Source: Candidatus Poribacteria bacterium (GTDB taxonomy: Bacteria > Poribacteria > WGA-4E > JAJDTR01). From it: DNA of 64,000 nucleotides. Positions 1-9,325 of the stretch are shown piece after piece (the stretch's first letter is position 1; every line of letters starts with the position of its first letter). The stretch lies in contig JAPPIK010000006.1 of the NCBI GenBank assembly GCA_028820655.1, positions 303,154 through 367,153 on the forward strand, in the 5' to 3' direction. The position numbers were made by a program, and so were the translations under genes. Under the pieces are notes generated by a model that searched no databases, was not told the DNA's origin, and worked only from the letters and a program-made list of their open reading frames with translations.

Positions 1-1
1 A

Positions 2-418
2 GACTTAGAGGCAAGAATTTCAGATTTGGAGAAGCGCGTATCGGTTCTTGAGAAAGGAACTCATGGGATTTCTCCTGAGAGCGGGGGAAAGAAGCGTACG
101 CAAAGTGTCAGTGAGTTTTTGCGGGAGAAGCAGGTGACACGTGCGACTAGCGCAGCTAATCTTGTGTTGGCTATAGCGGTTTATTGTGAAAACTTTCGTG
201 GTGCCGACGCCTTCAGTGTAGTTGATTTACGTGATTTGATTCGCGAAGCAAAACACAAGCAACCTGCGAATATTAATGATTGTATCTACAGGAATATTCC
301 AAAGGGCTATATCGCAGAAGACGAACGTGGAGAAGACGGCAAAAAGCGATGGTATGTTACGAATTCGGGAATCGAACTAGTTGACAATAACTTCAATCAA
401 GATGAACAGAATAACTAA
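2..418 (+). CDS. hypothetical protein, 5'-truncated by the window edge (coiled-coil N-part, possible winged-helix C-part)
   Basis: The frame is open from base 2 (DLEARISDLEKRVSVLEK...), so the TTG at 26 is probably internal. Lower GC than the neighbouring housekeeping genes. The C-terminal KRWYVTNSGIELV resembles a wHTH wing. No family recognised. Confidence 0.35.
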   Translation, partial: DLEARISDLEKRVSVLEKGTHGISPESGGKKRTQSVSEFLREKQVTRATSAANLVLAIAVYCENFRGADAFSVVDLRDLIREAKHKQPANINDCIYRNIPKGYIAEDERGEDGKKRWYVTNSGIELVDNNFNQDEQNN

Positions 419-1130
419 AAAAGATTTAGAAAGGTTTGATGTACATCTGCTTCCCGATGTATTGAGTATTTCGTTATGGGTAATGGAATACTTGTGCGAG
501 GGAGACACTGACGAGTTTTGTGCTGCAGAAATCGCAAAATATGTCGTTGATAATCTGGGGATAAGCACATCAAGACAGGCGGTGCAGGCGGCTCTAACAA
601 AAGCAGCCCGAGGTAAACTCTGCCACAAAGAAAACGGCAAGTTTAAACTTATGAAAAATGGTCAGCTCGAGTTACTGAAGCAAATGAGGAGAGATAGAGT
701 AACATTGTTAGAGCCTGGTAAGCCGTTCTTCGCCGGTATTGAATTAGAAGATATATTTTCACAGATGTCTGGCGTAGCTCGATTCAGCGATCCGTATGTG
801 GACCAAAAAACACTTGAAGTCATTTACAAGACTTTAGCAGACCCACAGCTATCCATCAAGATTTTGACTTCAAAAATATCAAATCCCATTCAATTCAAGA
901 CCGATTTAGAAAAGATAAAGGTTGAACGAGTAAGAATTGAAGTTCGACGAATTGGAAAGGGTATACTCCACGATAGATACTTCATGGACGATAATCATTT
1001 TTGGTTCTCGGGAAATAGTCTTAACAACTTAGGTAATAAGGAAAGTTTTATTGTAAGGTTGGATGATGATATACGCCAAAGCATGTTAAAAACGTTTGAT
1101 TCACGATGGCAATCTGCTCAATCAATTTAG
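402..1130 (+). CDS. wHTH plus PLD-like (MIT_C-like) domain protein, hypothetical
   Basis: ATG at 402 (alternative TTG at 381) overlaps the upstream ORF. N-terminal EIAKYVVDNLGISTSRQAVQAALTKA...GKFKL is wHTH-like. The C-terminal FSDPYVD...IKILTS...GILHDRYFMDDNHFWFSGNSLNNLGNKESFIV resembles the HDR-containing PLD-like MIT_C fold. Assigned from memory of the motif, not from a search. Confidence 0.4.
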   Translation: MNRITKKDLERFDVHLLPDVLSISLWVMEYLCEGDTDEFCAAEIAKYVVDNLGISTSRQAVQAALTKAARGKLCHKENGKFKLMKNGQLELLKQMRRDRVTLLEPGKPFFAGIELEDIFSQMSGVARFSDPYVDQKTLEVIYKTLADPQLSIKILTSKISNPIQFKTDLEKIKVERVRIEVRRIGKGILHDRYFMDDNHFWFSGNSLNNLGNKESFIVRLDDDIRQSMLKTFDSRWQSAQSI

Positions 1131-1262
1131 ATAATTGGTTCCGCCAAGGATTTATATTTTGAAGCGCGAATTGCTCAGAAGAAAATGTCTTGATGAGTAA
1201 TGCTGATTAGCCATGTATCGTAGGGTCATTGAGAGTCTGTCCGTTAATTATTTCGATCTTTG

Positions 1263-1290
1263 TTGAAGCAGAAAATAATGCCAATATCAT
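1263..1290 (+). promoter_or_regulatory. candidate sigma70-type promoter of the SRP RNA gene
   Basis: TTGAAG (1263-1268), 16-nt spacer, TATCAT (1285-1290). It lies about 10 nt upstream of the first base of the SRP RNA closing helix. Confidence 0.4.
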
Positions 1291-1300
1291 GAAATAACGC

Positions 1301-1577
1301 CTTGGCTATGCTAAGTGGGGAGGTAGCGGTGCCCTGAACCTGCAAACCGCTTTAGCAGGGCTGAATCCTATTGCGCGGCGGATTGCTTTTGGGGTCTGCC
1401 CCAAGTAAGTGGTGTTGAAGATTGGGTCCTGAGCAACTTGAACTTATCAAACTCCGTCAGGTCTGGAAGGAAGCAGCGGTAGATAGGTCTTCGAGTGTGA
1501 CGCAGGGCAGCCTCATCGGAGCTAACTGCTTGGGTAACGCTTGGGAGGATCCGTCAACCTGTAGGTGCATAGCCAAG
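1301..1577 (+). ncRNA. ffs: signal recognition particle RNA, long (Bacillus-type, Alu-domain-containing) form
   Basis: Near-identical blocks to B. subtilis scRNA as I remember it: GCTAAGTGGGGAGGTAGCGGTGCCCTGAACCTGCAA.CCGC (Alu domain), AAGTAAGTGGTGTTGA, domain IV GTCAGGTCTGGAAGGAAGCAGC (1456-1477) and GAGCTAACTGCTTGGGTAACGCTTGGGA. The 5' CTTGGCTATGC (1301-1311) pairs with the 3' GCATAGCCAAG (1567-1577) and is followed by ATTTTT. It sits directly upstream of dnaX, as in Bacillus. Confidence 0.93.
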
Positions 1578-1884
1578 ATTTTTCGGGCGGTGTTGTGAAT
1601 CGGAGGGGTTTTCCCAGAGGCCTGTTGGGTACTGTCAAGCGCTACTATCGCCTTCCTTAAACAGTCAGTTGATCGATTTGGGATGACGGTCTCGCACCCA
1701 TCCGTGAAGGGATTCCGAGCGCGGGAACCGCGCCCTACGCTTTGTTGAGGCAAATCTGGGCGAGGAACCAAAATGCTCGTGGGGGTTTTGCTATGCGAAC
1801 TTTATCGCTGCCATTATCCATTCCCTCTCTGGCCAGTCTGTTAATCGCTCACCATCCGTCCAGTGGCTGCAAGGGTTTTACTGA

Positions 1885-2030
1885 CCAGCAAGCGAATGAA
1901 TAATGAGTGATCAAGGGAGCGGATAGATCAAGTGACTGAATAAGGAACGCGATAGAGATTTCAGTGCGATAGAGTTCCCATCGAGATCCACTGACCACTA
2001 ACCACTAGCCACTAATCACTTGCGTATTCC
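1885..2030. repeat. dispersed intergenic repeat family B copy plus short CCACTA(A/G) reiteration
   Basis: GTGATCAAGGGAGCGGATAGATCAAGTGACTGAATAAGGAACGCGATAGAGAT...GCGATAGAGTTCCCAT matches the copies at 9.3, 17.2, 33.3, 44.6, 53.6 and 59.2 kb. It is followed by CTGACCACTAACCACTAGCCACTAATCACT. Confidence 0.6.
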
Positions 2031-2094
2031 CTAATCCGCCCGTTGACCCTACCGCGCTTAAATTGGTTAATTGGTAGTAGAGTAGAGAAAAGCC

Positions 2095-3891
2095 ATGTCC
2101 TATGAGGTAATCGCCCAGAAATGGCGTCCCCAGTCCTTTCACCAAGTGATTGGGCAGGAACATGTAATCAAAACACTCCAAAACCAGATTCGCCTGAATC
2201 GAATCGGTCATGCCTATCTCTTCTGGGGTCCCAGAGGCACGGGAAAAACGACGGTTGCCCGTCTCTTCGCCAAAGCGGTCAATTGCGCCGAGCGCGATTC
2301 GGACGCCGAATCCGTACCCGACGCTCCGGTCGAGCCCTGCAATGAGTGCGCGGTCTGTCTGGAAATCGCGCAGGGCAGATCCTTCGATGTCATTGAACTG
2401 GACGCCGCCTCCAACCGAGGCATTGATCCTATCCGCGAGTTACGCGAAAATACGAAGCTCGCCCCCGCCGCATGCTCCTTTAAGATTTACATCATCGATG
2501 AAGCGCACATGCTTACGCCGGAAGCGTTTAACGCCCTCCTGAAAACGCTTGAAGAACCTCCGCCCCACGTTATCTTCATCCTCGCGACCACCGAGCATCA
2601 CAAGGTTCCCAAAACTATCGTATCGCGGTGTCAAGACTTCGATTTTCGCTACATGGAGTTGAGTCAGATTATCAGCCGACTCGAGTTGATTTGTAGCGAG
2701 GAGGGAATCGATGTCGATGATCAGGCGTTGTCCCTGATTGCGCGTCAGTCGGAAGGATGTCTCCGGGACGCCGAGAACGCGCTTGAGCGGATCATCTCCG
2801 CAACCGGCAAAACGCTTGACGTCGAAGCGGTAGATCAGATATTGGGACTCGGTTCGAGCCCGCTAATCGATAAACTCGTGGACACCATATTGGACTGCAA
2901 TCTGCCGGATTCTATGCAGGTTCTCGCCAGTTTAACCAATCAAGGCGCCGATCTTACCCAGTGTCTCCATCAACTCATTGCCTACTTCAGAAACTTGAGG
3001 CTGCTCGCAATCAACAAGGATTTGGCGAATCTGATTCAGGGCTCGGGTTCGGACATACAGGGAATGAAGGAGAGAGCGGCTGACATCTCCGTGGAGCGTT
3101 TATCGAGAATCATCAAGATTTTGATGCGGACAAGCAGCGAAATCAAACGGTACGGCAACGCACAGATTCAACTCGAATCGAGTCTTGTCGAAATCAATTC
3201 GATTGGAGAAGGATTTCAACTTGGCGAAGTGTTGAAAAGGCTTGGGGAGATCGAAAATAGAATCGACCGCTCTCGAAACGAATCGAATCAGCCGCAGTCG
3301 GATGTTTCGTCCTCGAACACGGAGGCGGCCGCGAAGCCGCCGGTTAACTCGTTGCTGGCGGAATCGCGGAAGTCATTTGCCGAACCACCGCCGCCCAAAA
3401 CCGCTGCCGTGCCGGCTGCTTCCAATGATGCGCCCGCGAACGCGGCTGCCGGTAAGGAATCGGGATCGTCGGTCGAAAGCAGCCGGGCCGTAGCCAAGAG
3501 TTCCGCCGAACTCGAGCAGATTTGGAAGAAGGCGATGGCGAATTGGAAGACTGGTCAAAGGTCTTTGCACGGATTTTTCAAGGACGCCTCTCTTTCGACG
3601 AATGAAGAGGGAGAATTGGAAATTGCCTGCGACCCTCGCAACATCGTGGTTTTAGATCCGTTCAAGAATGAGATTGTAAAGATGCTCGGATCTCTGATTG
3701 GACATAGCGTCGATGTCCGGTTTGTGCCGGGGCGCAAAACCAGCGAGACAAACAAATCGAAATCCGCGAAAGATGGCGGAGAAGGGACATCGACGCGTCT
3801 TGCCCTGCAACGTGAAGCGGAACGGGATCCCCAACTTTCGCCGGTGCTTGAGCTTTTCGATGCGAAGATTCTGACGATTGATTTGAAGTAA
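2095..3891 (+). CDS. dnaX: DNA polymerase III subunit gamma/tau
   Basis: N-terminus MSYEVIAQKWRPQSFHQVIGQEHV, Walker A GPRGTGKTT, zinc module CNECAVCLEI, DEAH-box-like IIDEAHML, SRC motif VSRCQ. Low-complexity Pro/Ala linker and tau-like C-terminus. Lies in ffs-dnaX-ybaB-recR synteny. Confidence 0.95.
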   Translation: MSYEVIAQKWRPQSFHQVIGQEHVIKTLQNQIRLNRIGHAYLFWGPRGTGKTTVARLFAKAVNCAERDSDAESVPDAPVEPCNECAVCLEIAQGRSFDVIELDAASNRGIDPIRELRENTKLAPAACSFKIYIIDEAHMLTPEAFNALLKTLEEPPPHVIFILATTEHHKVPKTIVSRCQDFDFRYMELSQIISRLELICSEEGIDVDDQALSLIARQSEGCLRDAENALERIISATGKTLDVEAVDQILGLGSSPLIDKLVDTILDCNLPDSMQVLASLTNQGADLTQCLHQLIAYFRNLRLLAINKDLANLIQGSGSDIQGMKERAADISVERLSRIIKILMRTSSEIKRYGNAQIQLESSLVEINSIGEGFQLGEVLKRLGEIENRIDRSRNESNQPQSDVSSSNTEAAAKPPVNSLLAESRKSFAEPPPPKTAAVPAASNDAPANAAAGKESGSSVESSRAVAKSSAELEQIWKKAMANWKTGQRSLHGFFKDASLSTNEEGELEIACDPRNIVVLDPFKNEIVKMLGSLIGHSVDVRFVPGRKTSETNKSKSAKDGGEGTSTRLALQREAERDPQLSPVLELFDAKILTIDLK

Positions 3892-3961
3892 CAATATTCC
3901 AAAGAAGGAGACGCGGTGCGCGTTCCGATACGGGTCGGGCGGTGATTGCCGCTATTTTTTT

Positions 3962-4270
3962 ATGAAGATAAACAATTTGGTGAAACAAGCGCAGCAGATG
4001 CAGCAGCGCATGATGGAACTTCAAGAGGAGCTTGCCAATCAAACGGTAGAAGCCACCATCGGCGGAGGTATGGTAACCGCCGTTGTCAATGGCCAGCAGG
4101 AGTTAATCTCGCTAAGCATCTCTCCGGAAGTCGTAGATCCGGATGATGTCGAAATGCTTGAGGATCTTGTTGTTGCCGCCGTCAACGAGGCCCGCCAGCG
4201 GGCGCATGATTTGATGGCGCAGGAAATGGACAAACTCACCGGCGGCGTTAAACTGCCTGGACTACCGTAG
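3962..4270 (+). CDS. ybaB: nucleoid-associated protein YbaB/EbfC
   Basis: 102 aa. MKINNLVKQAQQMQQRMMELQEELA...GGGMVTAVVNGQQELISLSISPEVVDPDD is typical of the family. Conserved position between dnaX and recR. Confidence 0.9.
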   Translation: MKINNLVKQAQQMQQRMMELQEELANQTVEATIGGGMVTAVVNGQQELISLSISPEVVDPDDVEMLEDLVVAAVNEARQRAHDLMAQEMDKLTGGVKLPGLP

Positions 4271-4293
4271 CGACAACAATATCGTCGATCAAA

Positions 4294-4899
4294 ATGCATT
4301 ATCATCCGCAGCCACTGGCAGACCTAATACGCGAACTGCAGAAGCTGCCGTCGGTTGGGCCAAAAACGGCGCAGCGATTGGCATTCTACATGCTAAAAGC
4401 GCCTTCTGAAGATACCGCGCGGCTCGCCACGGCTATTTCCGAAGTAAAGACTCGTCTTTTCTGTTGCGGCATTTGCGGCAATATTACGGATCGCGAACCT
4501 TGCCATATCTGCGCCAACCCGGAACGGGATCATGGTGTCATCTGCGTCATCGAGGAACCCGACGATTTATTGGCAATTGAGAGAACCAACGGTTACAAGG
4601 GTGTGTACCATGTGCTAATGGGAGTCATTTCTCCGTTGGACGGCATCGGGCCGAAGGACCTTCGAATCGATTCCCTATTCGATCGCATTGAAAGTCAGAA
4701 CATCGAGGAAGTGATTCTCGCGACAAACTATACAACGGAAGGGCAGGCGACATCGCTCTATTTGACGAAACGTTTATCGAACTTGGATTTGGCGATTACG
4801 CGAATTTCGTACGGAATCCCCGTAGGCGGGGATCTTGAATACATTGACGAATTGACGCTATCCAAGGCGCTCGAGGGGCGGCGCAGGATAGATGTTTGA
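4294..4899 (+). CDS. recR: recombination protein RecR
   Basis: LIRELQKLPSVGPKTAQRLAFYML (HhH), C4 zinc finger CCGICGNITDREPCHIC, Toprim IEEVILATNYTTEGQATSLYL. Confidence 0.95.
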   Translation: MHYHPQPLADLIRELQKLPSVGPKTAQRLAFYMLKAPSEDTARLATAISEVKTRLFCCGICGNITDREPCHICANPERDHGVICVIEEPDDLLAIERTNGYKGVYHVLMGVISPLDGIGPKDLRIDSLFDRIESQNIEEVILATNYTTEGQATSLYLTKRLSNLDLAITRISYGIPVGGDLEYIDELTLSKALEGRRRIDV

Positions 4900-5105
4900 A
4901 ACCGGGGCTGGGATGGCGTTTGGGTTGAGTAGTGTAACGGATTTGTCAATCCATCATCGCGAGACGAGCGGTGATTGAGAGGTAAGCTGAGGTAGGTGAC
5001 CTAATCTACTGGGAGCGGTCGGCAACATAGGTTAGCGCTAGCAATCGAATCGTCGGAGCTGGCTAACAATGCACCCTCGGGAAAAGATTCTGTTTGGAAT
5101 GTTTG

Positions 5106-5471
5106 TTATTCGGGTTCTTGTTTGGTCTGTGTTGCATGAAATTCCAAGTGGTTAACAAAATTTTGATTTAAATTTTCCAATCGTTTATCGACACTTTCAA
5201 CCATTTTTGCGAGATTGGCATGGTCTGAATCCATCTTTGACCTTAAATCGTCAATTCGCTTATTTATACTGGTATCCAATTTTTCAATTCGTTTATTAAC
5301 TGTGTTAATCATAAAAATTATCACAGGTATTAATACCGCTGGTGAGATTACCATCGCCCCTATGTTCAGTGCTGTAGAACCGTCCATTGACATTCTCCTT
5401 TTGGGTAGGTCGATTGCGAACCAAGATACAGCGCTTGAGGTATGAATTATAGCATTCTTCAATTTGGACAT
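5106..5471 (-). CDS. small membrane protein with C-terminal coiled coil, hypothetical
   Basis: Low-GC ORF with one hydrophobic segment (MVISPAVLIPVIIFMI) followed by heptad-like KRIEKLDTSINKRIDDLRSKMD...RLENLNQNFVNHLEFHATQTKQEPE. The tail resembles that of the ORF at 58182-58406. Confidence 0.45.
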   Translation of the reverse strand: MSKLKNAIIHTSSAVSWFAIDLPKRRMSMDGSTALNIGAMVISPAVLIPVIIFMINTVNKRIEKLDTSINKRIDDLRSKMDSDHANLAKMVESVDKRLENLNQNFVNHLEFHATQTKQEPE

Positions 5472-5820
5472 GCAAACGCTTTAGAACAATGGTATCTGAT
5501 TCTTGGTCGAAAATCGTTTATACCGAATCTGGAGTGGAAACACACCAATAGGGAAGAATTGAGCAAAGATTGGCAGTCCGGTCGACGTCGTCGCCAACCC
5601 AAAAGCCGGATGTGGTTGGACCATTCGTGTCAGAATTTCTATTGGACGGGAATTACCGTGGAATCTCTATCAGAATCTACTGTCGCGGACATTATCCATG
5701 TCCCTTGATCGTTCCTTGATTAGTCGTTTGATTGGTCGCGACCGGGAGGTCGCTCCTACAGAGTGCGTGGTACATCCATAATTGCTTTGAGAATGAACCA
5801 CGTAGGTTAACACAATCACG

Positions 5821-7713
5821 ATGAACACCTACCAGAAAACTTATGATGTCATCGTCGTCGGCGCGGGACATGCCGGGTGTGAAGCGGCGCTTGCCGCCGC
5901 ACGAATGGGATGCGAGACGCTGATTGTCACGATTGATCCCGATACTATAGCGAAGATGTCCTGCAACCCGGCAATCGGCGGTCTTGCAAAGGGACACCTT
6001 GTCAAAGAGATCGATGCGCTCGGCGGCGAGATGGCAAAAAATATCGACAAGACGGGAATACAATTTCGCCGGCTGAACACGAAGAAGGGGCCTGCCGTGC
6101 GTTCAAGCCGCGCTCAAGCGGACAAAAAAGCGTATCAGGATGAAATGAAGCGCGTCTTGGAGAGCCAGCCTCATCTGGATATCAAACAGGTGATGGTCGA
6201 TGAACTGCTGACTGAAGATGGAAAATGTATCGGTATACTCAGCCAAACGAGAACCGCATATCTTGGTAAAACGGTTGTCCTCACAACGGGCACTTTCCTC
6301 AAGGGGTTGATTCATCTCGGAGACGTGTCATACAGCGCCGGAAGAGCCGGTGAATCGTCCGCGGAAAAGTTGTCGGAGAGTTTCCTGAGCCTGGGATTCG
6401 AGATTGGCAGGCTCAAGACGGGAACGCCGCCCCGCGTAAATGCGCAAACGGTGAACTTCGATGCGATGGAGATTCAACCGGGAGATCCGGATCCGCTGCC
6501 GTTTTCGTTTTCAACGGAGAAGATAACCCAGCCGCAGATGCCGTGCCATCTAACCTATACCAACGAGAAAACGCACGAGATCATTAGAAACAACCTGCAT
6601 CGATCGGCAATGTATAGCGGACGGATTAAGGGTATAGGGCCGCGCTATTGCCCGTCGATTGAGGATAAAGTGGTGCGGTTCGCCGACAAAGCCCGCCACC
6701 AGGTTTTCGTGGAACCGGAAGGCAGAGACACCGACGAGATATATCTCAACGGCATCTCCGCGTGCCTCCCCGAAGATGTGCAGGTGGATATGGTGCACAG
6801 CATCCGAGGCTTGGAAGATGCGGAGATTGTACGGTTCGGGTACGCGGTCGAATACGATTTCGCGCCCGCAACTCAACTTCAACCCACGCTGGAGACGAAG
6901 CGCGTCGAGAGCTTGTACTTCGCCGGACAACTGAACGGCACCACCGGTTACGAGGAGGCGGCGGCGCAGGGCTTAATGGCGGGGATTAACGCGGCGTTGA
7001 AGGTGCACGGCGACCGACCGCTGGTTCTCGACAGGTCCCAAGCCTACACCGGTGTGCTGATCGATGATTTGGTGACGATGGACATTCGCGAACCCTACCG
7101 CATGTTTACGTCTCGTGCGGAGTACCGCTTGGAGTTGCGGGAGGATAACGCGGACTTGCGCCTGACAGAGATTGGCCGCCAACTTGGATTGGTTGACGAC
7201 ACAGCTTATCGTCGTTTCCAAACCAAACGTCAACTCATCGATGAGGAACTTGCACGCCTAAATCGCACGATCGTCAAACCAACTCGCGGCTCGCTGACGC
7301 GATTGGAAGAGGTTGGCATCACGCCACTCGACAAGCCGACATCCTTGACGGATCTGCTGAAACGCCCCGAGATCGGATATCGACAGATAAAATTGGTCTC
7401 GCCGCCGTCTTGCGAATTGCCGCACGCCGTTGAGGAACAGTCCGAGATTCAGATTAAGTATGAAGGCTACATCCGGCGTCAAGCGATACAGATCGAGCAA
7501 TTCAAGAAGATGGAGCATTTTCGAATCCCGGACGATTTGAACTACGAAACCGCCCGCGGGTTAAAGACCGAGGCTCGCGAGAAACTTGAAAAGATTCGAC
7601 CGGCATCGATTGGTCAGGCGTCGCGGATCCCAGGCGTGTCTCCGGCGGATATTTCAATCCTAATGGTTCTGATTCATCAAAAAACCCGGAGTGAGTTGCG
7701 GGCTGCCAGTTAA
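5821..7713 (+). CDS. mnmG: tRNA uridine 5-carboxymethylaminomethyl modification enzyme MnmG (GidA)
   Basis: FAD-binding YDVIVVGAGHAGCEAALAAARMG, NPAIGG.AKGHLVKEIDALGG, GPRYCPSIEDK, FAGQLNGTTGYEEAAAQGLMAGINA. Full length, 630 aa. Confidence 0.96.
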   Translation: MNTYQKTYDVIVVGAGHAGCEAALAAARMGCETLIVTIDPDTIAKMSCNPAIGGLAKGHLVKEIDALGGEMAKNIDKTGIQFRRLNTKKGPAVRSSRAQADKKAYQDEMKRVLESQPHLDIKQVMVDELLTEDGKCIGILSQTRTAYLGKTVVLTTGTFLKGLIHLGDVSYSAGRAGESSAEKLSESFLSLGFEIGRLKTGTPPRVNAQTVNFDAMEIQPGDPDPLPFSFSTEKITQPQMPCHLTYTNEKTHEIIRNNLHRSAMYSGRIKGIGPRYCPSIEDKVVRFADKARHQVFVEPEGRDTDEIYLNGISACLPEDVQVDMVHSIRGLEDAEIVRFGYAVEYDFAPATQLQPTLETKRVESLYFAGQLNGTTGYEEAAAQGLMAGINAALKVHGDRPLVLDRSQAYTGVLIDDLVTMDIREPYRMFTSRAEYRLELREDNADLRLTEIGRQLGLVDDTAYRRFQTKRQLIDEELARLNRTIVKPTRGSLTRLEEVGITPLDKPTSLTDLLKRPEIGYRQIKLVSPPSCELPHAVEEQSEIQIKYEGYIRRQAIQIEQFKKMEHFRIPDDLNYETARGLKTEAREKLEKIRPASIGQASRIPGVSPADISILMVLIHQKTRSELRAAS

Positions 7714-7753
7714 AGGTTAGTCTGGTCACGGCGCAACTAGAAAGGCGACTACA

Positions 7754-8470
7754 GTGAAGACATTTCTGATATATTCCATTATTGTATTGACGGTCACTTG
7801 CTCCATGGCAGCTGAGAGAAAACCTTTAATAGAGGTTGATATAGACACATTTACCGATGATGTACAAGTGTATCCGACAGGAGCAGGTGATAATCACATG
7901 GCTTTTGCTTGGTGGTGTCCCATAGAGTTTTGGGAATCCATACTGTCCCGGGATTCGACAACAAGTGAAACCGACAAGAACGCAATGCTTGATGCAATAA
8001 CGGATGTGTCACTCCTTGCAATTGTTCAAGCGGACATTACCCATTTTGGGGCTTTCGAGTTTTACTCGAAAGAAGAAATCAGGAACACAATGTGGGTTTT
8101 CTATACTGATGCTAGCGGTACGAAACGGAGATTATCGCCAATGCACGCGATAAGTCCCGATCTTGAAATCTTGTTAGGCGTATTCAAGCCCATCCTCGGA
8201 GCAGCAATGGGGAACATGGGCAACAGCATGCATTTCTACGTATTCAATGATAGGAAATTTTCCCTGACGGATTCTTCACGCAGATTGATAGATCCTTATC
8301 AAGACGGAGTTATTAACATACAACTTGTAAAGAGAGACGGCAACTTAATGTACGGTGAAATTGAGATGCCTTTGAATTCGCTCTTTATACCGCGCAAGTG
8401 TCCAAACGGGAAGGATGCTCACATTTCTTGGAAATATTGTCCGTGGACAGGACAGCGCTTAGAAGACTAA
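7754..8470 (+). CDS. hypothetical secreted protein (low-GC insert between mnmG and rsmG)
   Basis: GTG start and N-terminal signal-like MKTFLIYSIIVLTVTCSMAAE. Visibly lower GC than the flanks. No family recognised. Confidence 0.5.
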   Translation: MKTFLIYSIIVLTVTCSMAAERKPLIEVDIDTFTDDVQVYPTGAGDNHMAFAWWCPIEFWESILSRDSTTSETDKNAMLDAITDVSLLAIVQADITHFGAFEFYSKEEIRNTMWVFYTDASGTKRRLSPMHAISPDLEILLGVFKPILGAAMGNMGNSMHFYVFNDRKFSLTDSSRRLIDPYQDGVINIQLVKRDGNLMYGEIEMPLNSLFIPRKCPNGKDAHISWKYCPWTGQRLED

Positions 8471-8538
8471 CCATGTCCATAATGCCCAACTCTATTAAAC
8501 TTGGATAGATTGTGATTGTGAGTTCATAGGTCATCCGG

Positions 8539-9216
8539 TTGAATCAAGACGAATTTGGACACTTCTTGGAGCGGACCTTCCGTCGGCACGGTTTTCCGCT
8601 GACTCATGACCAACTGGAGCAGTTCGTTACCTACCGGAGCGAGTTGCACCGATGGAATTCGCGGGTCAATCTTACATCCATTCGGGACGACCGCGAGGTT
8701 GTCCTGAAGCATTTTCTCGATTCCGCGGGAGTGCTTCTACATTTTCCGATTGAAGCCGGCGCGGCTGTTGTCGACATCGGAACCGGCGCTGGATTTCCCG
8801 GTCTTCCCCTGAAAATCTGCCTCCCCGACATCAAATTGACTCTCATAGAGTCTTCATCAAAGAAGGCTAGTTTCATCCAGTTCCTGATATCTCAACTGAA
8901 CATTCCATCGATGCAAAGAGATATTCGAATTGTTGTTCAACGCGCCGAGGCGTTTGTAAAGCATTGCGAAAACCTTGGTGCTTACGATTGGGTTTTAACC
9001 CGATATGTCGCCTCGCTGGCGGACTCTGCCGTTTACTGTTTGCCACTGTTAAATCGCAACGGGACGTGGATTGCCTATAAGTCGCACGACGTGGAGGTAG
9101 AAATCGGCGAAGCCAAATCTCGATTCCGATCGCTCGGGGGTAAAGTAATGTCCGTGGTGAACAGCCGATTTTCGGACTCGAATCGTACCTACGTCGAGAT
9201 ACGGGGCGGTTCGTAG
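8539..9216 (+). CDS. rsmG: 16S rRNA (guanine527-N7)-methyltransferase RsmG (GidB)
   Basis: L.QF..Y...L..WN..VNLTSIRD...V..KHFLDS, SAM motif VVDIGTGAGFPGLPLKI, SSKKASFI. TTG start as listed; the exact start is uncertain. Confidence 0.88.
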   Translation: MNQDEFGHFLERTFRRHGFPLTHDQLEQFVTYRSELHRWNSRVNLTSIRDDREVVLKHFLDSAGVLLHFPIEAGAAVVDIGTGAGFPGLPLKICLPDIKLTLIESSSKKASFIQFLISQLNIPSMQRDIRIVVQRAEAFVKHCENLGAYDWVLTRYVASLADSAVYCLPLLNRNGTWIAYKSHDVEVEIGEAKSRFRSLGGKVMSVVNSRFSDSNRTYVEIRGGS

Positions 9217-9252
9217 ACGCCTACGGATTTGAGCGAAACACACTAAAACCAT

Positions 9253-9312
9253 CGAAATCAAGTTTTTTCCCAAAACGACCGAAATCAAGTTTTTTCTTGA
9301 AAACTTGATCTC
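9253..9312 (+). repeat. hairpin repeat family A (half copy plus full copy), terminator-like position after rsmG
   Basis: CGAAATCAAGTTTTTTCCCAAAACGACC is followed by GAAATCAAGTTTTTTCTTGAAAACTTGATC. The core is a 12-13 bp inverted repeat with a TTCTTG loop. The same element occurs at 15285, 17148, 19510 and 19938. Confidence 0.75.
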
Positions 9313-9325
9313 TTTCTACCACAAT

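Noticed and set aside
1457-1771. 104-aa minus-strand ORF.
   Set aside because: It overlaps the SRP RNA gene and its downstream spacer. It has no coding features, and the RNA assignment explains the region.
2095-3891. Programmed -1 frameshift site in dnaX (gamma versus tau production).
   Set aside because: I did not see an A-AAA-AAG-type slippery heptamer with a downstream hairpin when reading the gene. This cannot be asserted without a systematic scan.
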